From Paramecium tetraurelia (taxonomy: Eukaryota), in the NCBI GenBank assembly GCA_000165425.1, contig CT868025.1, positions 186,001 to 250,000 on the forward strand: 64,000 bases of DNA, in the 5' to 3' direction. Position numbers and translations under genes: made by a program. Below, piece after piece: positions 56,202 to 64,000 of this stretch; positions within the stretch are counted from its first letter, which is position 1, and each line of letters opens with the position of its first letter. The notes under the pieces are model-generated. The model saw only the letters and a program-made list of their open reading frames with translations. It did no database searches and had not been told where the DNA came from.

Positions 56202-59200
56202 ATGTCATCGAAAAAAGAATACGGAATAGAGGAGCACATATATGAAACTCTGCTTGATTTATATAAGTTAGAGTGCAGTGAAGCCTTCAGATTTCCAGTT
56301 GATATTCATCTATTTAAATGCCCTGATTATTATTAAATTATAACAGATCCAATGGATCTTAGTACATTGACTACTAAATATAAGGATGGTGCGTATAGGA
56401 CATTCAATGAAATCAAAGAATAGATTGATAAAATTATTAAAAACTGTAGGAAATTCAATACCGATCCTAATCACACAATATTAAAAACTTGCTCTAAATT
56501 TGAGCAATGCTTTAATACAAGGTGGAATAAATTGAATGAAATAAGGATTCAATTAGGAATACCAGATGATTATTAATTAAAAGTAGAAATGAATAAATTA
56601 GATTCAATTGAATAAAGAAAAAATAAAAAAAAAGAACCTGCTTCATTAAAAGAAGATTAGGTTGGTAGAAAACCCCGTTTACCCAAAAATGAGATTAAAA
56701 CTTACAATAATAATAACCAATTTACATTCCTTAAACCATAGAATGATTTCGTAGTCAATAAATTTAAAATAAAATCTTCATCAATCCAAGATGATGATCA
56801 ACCCTACATTGATTCAAACACAAGTTTAAAAAATGAATCGTAAAACTTCCAAGAAAATCAGTTTGAAAGCAAAATTTAGAAAAAGGAACTCATTGAACCA
56901 CCTCCACCTACATCATTTAAAGTTTCTATATCTAGAATGACATCAAATGATATAAGCTAAAGCCAAGAGAAAATAAAAGAGACACCTCCAGCCTAATTCA
57001 ACACTTTTGATACTCTCTAAAGACAGGATTCGACTAAATCGACACTCTCATTCAAAATTCCAATCCCTAAATTGAACCCACCTCAATAAGATACAATAAA
57101 AGAAACACCTGATTTCTAAACGCCAATTACTGCTAAACCTATTTCAACACAATAGCAATAAATTCCTAAATAAGTTCCAATGCCATAGATTAATCAATCT
57201 ATTATAACAGATACTTAGAATGAATAATAATAACCAAAACCGCAAATCTCTACTCAATAATTACCACCATAATTACCTTAATAATCTATAAATTAATAGT
57301 CTAATTCTTATTTGCAATCGTAGCCATAAGTTCAATAATAGCCATAATTAGGATCAATATAAAAATAATTAGAACAACCATAATTATAATAACAATAATA
57401 AACATAACAATAATAATATACATAACAATAATCTTCATAATTATAATAGCCATAATAGTAATAATAATAAAATTAGGTTTAAATATAAAAATAATAATAA
57501 TCATCAATTTAACCATAAATCAATGATGATTACAAAACAATACCTAAAAAACCTGAAATAAAAAAAGAATAGAGTGAAATTGGATAGTAAAATTCTTATG
57601 CATAATTGGAGCCTCAGCAATAGGAAGTATTACCTAAGATCAGCATTAATTTTAACAATTCAAATAAAATTACATAACCAGAATCTAAACCTCAGCCATA
57701 TGAAACAAAGATTACTATACCTAAATAACAACCTTAATAGTTAATTAATATTTCAAGTTCATAAGCTTCTTAATAAAAAATTGAAAAATCAATTCCTATT
57801 ATAAAAGGAATGACACAAAAAATAGAGACTCCAAACACTCCTAAAGGAAAGAGAAAAATTATTGATTCTGATGATTCATAAGATTCAAGCAAAATAGAAT
57901 AAATCCCTATCATTAAAAAGCCTAGCGAGAAAAAAGTTGAGTTTAATGAAACCCCTCTTTAGCATAGCATATCAGGGCCTTCATCAGAAAAAAAAATGTA
58001 GAATTTAGGTTCCCATCCCTTTTCTTTAAATGATTAAGACAACAAAGTACAACCAAAGGAGAATTAACCTATTAAACTTGCTCCCACAACTCCACCAGCT
58101 ATAGCCATATAACCTCCTTAAAAAGTTGAGGCTCCTCCATCCAAATATGTATTTAAAATAGATGTCAATGCTATTCAAAAATCAGAAAGTGATCATAATT
58201 AGAAAAAAATAGAAAAGTAATTACATTATATAATATCTGTTTAGAAACAAAAAATATGCTTAAAAAATAATGTCTGTTCTTAAAAAGCATATAATGGCGA
58301 GACAACCAAACATTGAAATACTGAATAGATGTTTGGATGTCCCTTCAAAAACTACTCTAAATATGATTCTCATGTGGTTAAAACAAGAGTTTGACAAGAT
58401 TCCTTTTTAAGAATATATAACAATTGCAAAATTTGTTGAATTGGCTTATCAAAGCATTCAAAAATTCAAATGCGAAGAGGAACCACAAAATGAATAGTTA
58501 CTTTAGCAGTATTTTAATAGAGAAAAAGAATAAGAGCAAAATCGCCAAAAAAAAATAGAATAGGAAATTAAAGTATAGCAAGAACCAATAATCCTAGAAA
58601 AAATTGATATAGAATTGCTATCTAAATCATTAAGAATTAGATCAAAAAGTAAATTTGGTTTTTATAATTTAAAATAGAAAAAAAGGTCAACGATAAGGAG
58701 AAGAAAGAAAAAGATAATGACAAATAAAAAGATGGCGACAAGTAACAGTAAAGGCCTGTCCTACATTAATAACAGGAGATTTCAAGTTTTGCTTTAGAAA
58801 ATCCAAAGAAGATGAAATTAGATTAAAAATAACCATATATCGAAGATATTGATGATTATTTTGAAGAATAGACTCAAGGTTAGGATTGGTGGAAAATTTT
58901 AGAATAGAAATAGAATGAATGTAAAGCAATAGAAGAAGAAAAAAAAGAAAAGGAAGATTAAGAACAGGAAGAAGCATTCTTCATCAGAACATTAGATTAA
59001 GTCAGAGTAAATTATACTCTTAATTTGGGTGAAAAAAATGGAGTTGGTTTGTATCCTACAATTGTTGTAGAGAAGATGTTCTTCTTTCTATTAAATCAAT
59101 AATCAACCTATTTTAGATAAAATAAAAACTCACTTACAAATTTCTTTAAAAAATTAAAAGAAAATTAAATAGAAAAGAAAAATGATTTTTATCAATAATT

Positions 59201-59897
59201 TAGTAAATACAATTATTATGTTGATGAGAATCACACTCAACTAATGGATTTATATTAGATTGATAATTATGCTGAAATCTAAGTCAAACTAACATTGAAA
59301 GATGATGGAGATTTTGATCCTTTTTAATTAGAAAACAAGTTAATAATTAATTTGGGGATTAACAATCTTTTAAGCTGTACAACTAAACATAATTTTATAA
59401 ATTACTCTTCTATTAACAAGCAATTTTAATTAAAATTAGCTTAATACCCACAATCAATAAGCGAAACTATTTTGCTCTCAAAACTATATGAGATGAATGA
59501 AGTCTTTGTGGAAAGTCTGGAAACTACAACAATGAATGAGTAAATAGATTTATATTATTTAGCAATGGAGGATGCGGTGTGTTCCTATGGAATCAAAAGA
59601 AATAAGCATTAAATTAAGAATACTAATATTCATGTCATTTATAGATATAAGTGCCTTTTACTTGCATCTAAGACTTATGCTTAAGCTTAAATGATACAGT
59701 TATCCTTAATGGACAATAATTATGATATATTAAGTTGTTATGTATTTGATAAATTGAGTTATTATTATTTAAGCAGTTCTTAAGCTAAGGACAAGAAGAT
59801 TTTTTATCTGATTACAATAAGACGATTATAATTTAGACGATCAACTGGAACTATAAAGTAAGTGTTCATTTCATTAATTAAAACCAGAGTAGAATGA
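56202..59897 (+). CDS. N-terminal bromodomain protein with long Gln/Pro-rich region
   Basis: SEAFRFPVD...PDYYQIITDPMDLSTL...IIKNCRKFN; poly-Q ~57200-57510; introns at ~58217, ~58649 and ~59858 restore frame. Confidence 0.85.
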
Positions 59898-59941
59898 TTA
59901 ATAAAACGAATTAATTTGAATTAATATATTATTTTTAATTC

Positions 59942-60570
59942 ATGAAGTTTTCAAGATTGATTGGCAGAATCTTAGTAGCATTTATATTCGTGAATGCTGG
60001 GTTGTCTCAATTAAATAATACCGATCCATTTGTTTAATTTGTAAACGTCAGATATCCACTCTTCTTTGATTATGTCCAAAAATTGACAGGTCATTCATTG
60101 GATTGCGCAGAATTTTTAGTACTATATATTTGATTTTAGAAACCCACAAACTTTATTAAACATACTCCATGCTTAATTCAAACAATAGGAGTTGCTTAAA
60201 TTCTGTTAGGAGTTGGAGTAGGAATAGGTATTCAAGGAGCAGGATGCTTATTGGCTTTGTTAAGTATCATCATAACAGCATTTGTACACAACCCCATAAT
60301 TTATTCAAACTTTGTGTAAGTCTTAATATTAATTGTAGAAATGCTTAGGCTGAATATCTGAACATAATTTTTAATGTCGGAATAATTGGTGCATTATTTT
60401 TGGTTGGAAAAAGTAGAAAGAATAAAGGAAGTTGTGGAGTTGGATCTTGTGTAGCTAAGCCAAAGGTTGCTTAGGCTGAGGTTAAAAAGGAAGAAGTTAA
60501 AAAGGAAGTAAAGAAGGAGGAGAACAAGTAGATAAATTCACAATAAAATAGTAAAAAAGGAAAAAAGTGA
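59942..60570 (+). CDS. DoxX/SURF4/HR-lesion-like membrane protein with Lys-rich tail
   Basis: MKFSRLIGRILVAFIFVNAG...IGVAQILLGVGV...TAFVHNP...NVGIIGALFL; ends SKKGKK*. Confidence 0.75.
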
Positions 60571-60670
60571 GTATTTTAAATATATCAATTAATATTATAT
60601 ATGGGTTAATGAAAAAGTATGTATTGAATTCATATACCATAAATTAAATAAAGATATAAAAATTTGAAAA

Positions 60671-61315
60671 ATGGTAACTAAACAAGTCTAAGTATATAAT
60701 AGGGAGTAGATGCTTACAAAAAGACTAGAGTTTAAAGGAATGTAGGAAGAAAAGTGACTTCTACTAACCTTTATTTGAAATTATTAATAAAGGTACAGCA
60801 TTTCGATTGATTGTCTAGTTATACAAATTCTTGGCAAGAAGAACAGACTCTCAATTCAATGCTACTGTTTTGAGAAGACTCTAATCAACAAGAACTGCAA
60901 GGTACCCAATTAGTGTCAGCAGACTTGTAAAATAAATAAATACAGCCAAAGATAAAACCAGAACTTTAGTAGTTGTAGGCACAGTAACTGATGAGTAATA
61001 ATTGAATTTATGCATTCTAGTGCTCGTCTTCTTACTGTCCCAAAATTAAATGTCTGTGCTCTCAGATTCACTGAAACAGCAAGAAAGAGAATTCTTGCAG
61101 CAGGAGGAAAGACTTTGACTTTCGATTAATTGGCATAACAAAACCCAACAGGTATGCAAGTGTCCCTAAAATTTATAGGAACTGGCACTATTCTATTGAG
61201 AGGTCCAAAGGTGAGAGAAGCCTTAAAACATTTTGGCAGAGCCGCTGGTTTACCAGGATCTCATGCCAAGCCATATGTCAGCCACACTGCAAGAAGAGGC
61301 AAAGGTGCAAGATGA
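60671..61315 (+). CDS. RPL18: 60S ribosomal protein L18 (eL18)
   Basis: ATG then an intron; [23 protein letters not shown]...VVGTVTDDARL...[27 protein letters not shown]...[17 protein letters not shown]. Confidence 0.97.
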
Positions 61316-61389
61316 TTTTTTTAGTACATTAGGACATTAAAAATACACATATTATTTTATTATATTAAATCAAAAATAAATTAATTTTG

Positions 61390-63052
61390 ATGACAGATAA
61401 AAGAATTGACAAATATATTTTTAATGTAAAAGATAGAATTGGACAAGGATCTTATGCTGAAGTCTATAGAGGAACCAATGAAAAAACTGGGGAGAAGGTA
61501 GCTATCAAGATGTTGAGTAAATCAGTAATAAATTCGTAATAATTTCTTTCATCAAAATAGAGATGATTATTTAAGGGAAGGACTTATTCAAGAAATTAAG
61601 ATTATGCAAAAATTAAAGAGTCCAAATATTGTGACTTTGTTGGATGTCATGGAAACAAACAATAATTATTACATTGTATAAGAATACTGTGATGGAGGCG
61701 ATTTCGATGAGTAAATATATTTAATACATTTCAGACTTCTGAAGAAACGAAAATTACTTTCTGAAAAAGATGCAATCAAATTCTTGGTTGATGTACTTAA
61801 TGGTTTCACACAACTTATAAAAAATGGTATTATTCATAGAGATCTTAAACCTGCAAACATTTTAATCGACAAACAAGTATTTGTATCAACATTAAAAAGT
61901 CCTATAAATTGGCTGACTTTGGTTTCGCTAAGTGTGTGGACAATTTCAAGAAAACTATGATGGCTTCCATGGTTGGAACTCCACTTTATATGAGTCCTCA
62001 AATTTTAGATCACAAAAGGTATAACTCTAAAACTGATGTCTGGAGTATAGGATTCATCTTTTATGAAGCCTTATTTGGAAAGAGTAAGAATCTTCTCAAT
62101 ATCTAAAAGCACCTTGGACAGCCAGATCGCCTGCTGAACTCTTAAAAAACATAAGAACTTAGCCTTTAAAATTCCCTACTGATAAAAATTAAGTTTCCCA
62201 AGAAACCCAAGATTTGATAATCGGGTGTTTATAAGCAGATGAGAACAAGAGATTGTCATGGGAAGAAATCTACAAGCACCCTGCTGTATCCCAATACTTT
62301 ACTGTATTAATATTTAAATGATATCTAAAGGATTTTATTAAAGGAAATAGTAAATTAGAGGACAGAGCTCAATATTTAATTAATGATATCAGACAGATGA
62401 TATGCAAAGAGAAAATAGATATCCACAAATTATTTGCAGATTTGGATATGTCAAAAGATAAAGCTCTAGATGTTAATGAGTTGGGAAAGTTCTTGATGAA
62501 AGTAGATAAAGATATCACCAGAGAGGAGATCGAATATATATTTAATAAATTTGATGACGATGGCAACAATCAAATCGAATTTGAAGAATTTAAAAAGTGG
62601 CTTGAAGATAACTAAGTATTCTAATCGATTTATCTTAGATTATTACTAATGGGAATGCTTAACAATAATAAAGAAATGGAGGATCTCATAAAAAATTATC
62701 TATATTACCACATTAATTAAAATCCTAAGGTTCTATTGAAGAAAGAGCTAATTATGTTATTGAGAAATTAAAATTGTCAATCTAAAAATATAAAATCAAC
62801 TTGTTAGATCTCTTTAAAAAAGTATCAATTTCTAAGTTAATATAGTTTGATAAATCTGCTGATCAGAGATTGGATAAAAATGAAATGGGATAATTGCTAA
62901 AAAGAATAGAGCCTAATATAACTCAAGAAGAAATAATTGCTTGTTTCGACTTTTTTGATGAAAATGGCGATGGAGAAATTACTTTCTAAGAATTTTAAAC
63001 AAGTTTAAGCGAAGAAGTAGGAAAAAAAAGATAAAGCATAGATAATCACTGA
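61390..63052 (+). CDS. Ser/Thr kinase (ULK/ATG1-like domain) with four C-terminal EF-hands
   Basis: IGQGSYAEVY, VAIK, HRDLKPANIL, ADFGFAK, VGTPLYMSPQIL, DVWSIG. EF loops DMSKDKALDVNE, DDDGNNQIEFEE, DKSADQRLDKNE, DENGDGEITFQE. Confidence 0.9.
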
Positions 63053-63611
63053 TGAAATATCATATTATCATATATTCAATAATTAAGTTCTTATTTTCAA
63101 ACTATTTAAATAAATGGTTAAATTTAAATTTTCTAAATAAATTTACTTCTTAAATTCACAATTAAGAGTAGAACTATATTTCTCAAATCAATCAATCTTT
63201 ATATAATCTCTATAAATTTAGGTAAAAGTGAATTCAAAACTTTCATTTAATATGGTACAAAATTGGCAGTCATAAATAAATATTGCATTAAAATTAAGTC
63301 ATTATTCGCAATGATTAGTATCACACCTATTTATTAAAGATTTATATAAGATATGCATGGTGAAAGAATAACCTATTCTGGCAATTAAATAGAATCTAAT
63401 TGGATAGAATATCATTAAATAGTTCCTTTTATTGGCAAGACTTATAACTAAATAAAGAGTATTATTTTTAATTAGATTATTAGTATTCGAATTGTTGTGA
63501 TTAATCTCTTTAGTAAACTAAAGCCGTTATATAAATACTTAAATAATTTATAAGAAAAATGGTATCAATAAAGAATAAACGAATAAAATAAATTAATTTA
63601 TTCTTATTTCG

Positions 63612-64000
63612 TCAAATGTAACCGATTTGCCTCAATATCGTCTTAACAAAATGAATCAAAATATCATATCTCATCTTAGGTGTTTTAAGTTATGGAAGAG
63701 GTAAATAAGTAACAATTGTTTCATACATTTTGCGTGCTTTTCTAAATTTTTCTAATTTGCACGGCTTTTTCATATCGAAATCGTGTTCTCTAGTAATTAT
63801 CATATGATGATTATTGTTAGTGTGTTCTTCATTAATGACACTTAGAGGTTTAACTACAACTATCTTTCCTTTGATTTTTAAAGTATCAGTTTCAATTTAG
63901 TAAATGTGAGGTGGCAAATAAGTGGTTTCTCCAATTCCACCAAAACATAAAATATTTGTTCCATTCACACAGCTTGCATGGCTCCATCTTTTTGTTTGTA
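63612..64000 (-). CDS. Kelch-repeat protein, C-terminal part (5' partial)
   Basis: RWSHASCVNGTNILCFGGIG Kelch blade; frame open to TGA 63612-63614. Confidence 0.7.

Noticed and set aside
57301..57516. Minus-strand Ile-rich 'membrane protein' ORF from the track
   Set aside because: It is the antisense shadow of the TAA/CAA poly-Gln region of the bromodomain gene.

Overview
This is AT-rich, gene-dense eukaryotic DNA from a ciliate macronuclear chromosome, almost certainly Paramecium. TAA/TAG read as Gln, TGA is the only stop, and GT-AG introns are about 20-32 nt, so the supplied standard-code ORF track fragments nearly every gene. I re-translated by eye with code 6 and found about 38 protein-coding genes. 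They include a PAS-like membrane protein, an FCP/SCP phosphatase, a PX protein, an ABCA transporter, HSF, three kinases (SNF1/MARK-like, WNK, ULK-like with EF-hands), RPL27A, RPL18, a Tul1-like RING E3, RAB5IF, Yippee, an SDHAF1-like LYR protein, a cyclin, a trichocyst matrix protein, a three-repeat Myb, BBS1, condensin CAP-G, a Kazal-repeat protein, a bromodomain protein and a DoxX-like protein. Highlights: (1) a Selenoprotein W gene absent from the ORF track, with an in-frame CxxU TGA and a 3' UTR SECIS whose own UGA is the next in-frame stop; (2) a Kelch-MORC fusion whose ATPase motifs are degenerate; (3) clustered frameshifts in the ABCA gene; (4) a 71-aa ORF with three KEN boxes; (5) divergent start codons only 34 bp apart. 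There is one assembly gap (150 N). I saw no rRNA, tRNA, CRISPR or transposon. Gene boundaries are manual and may be off by a few bases where introns are ambiguous.
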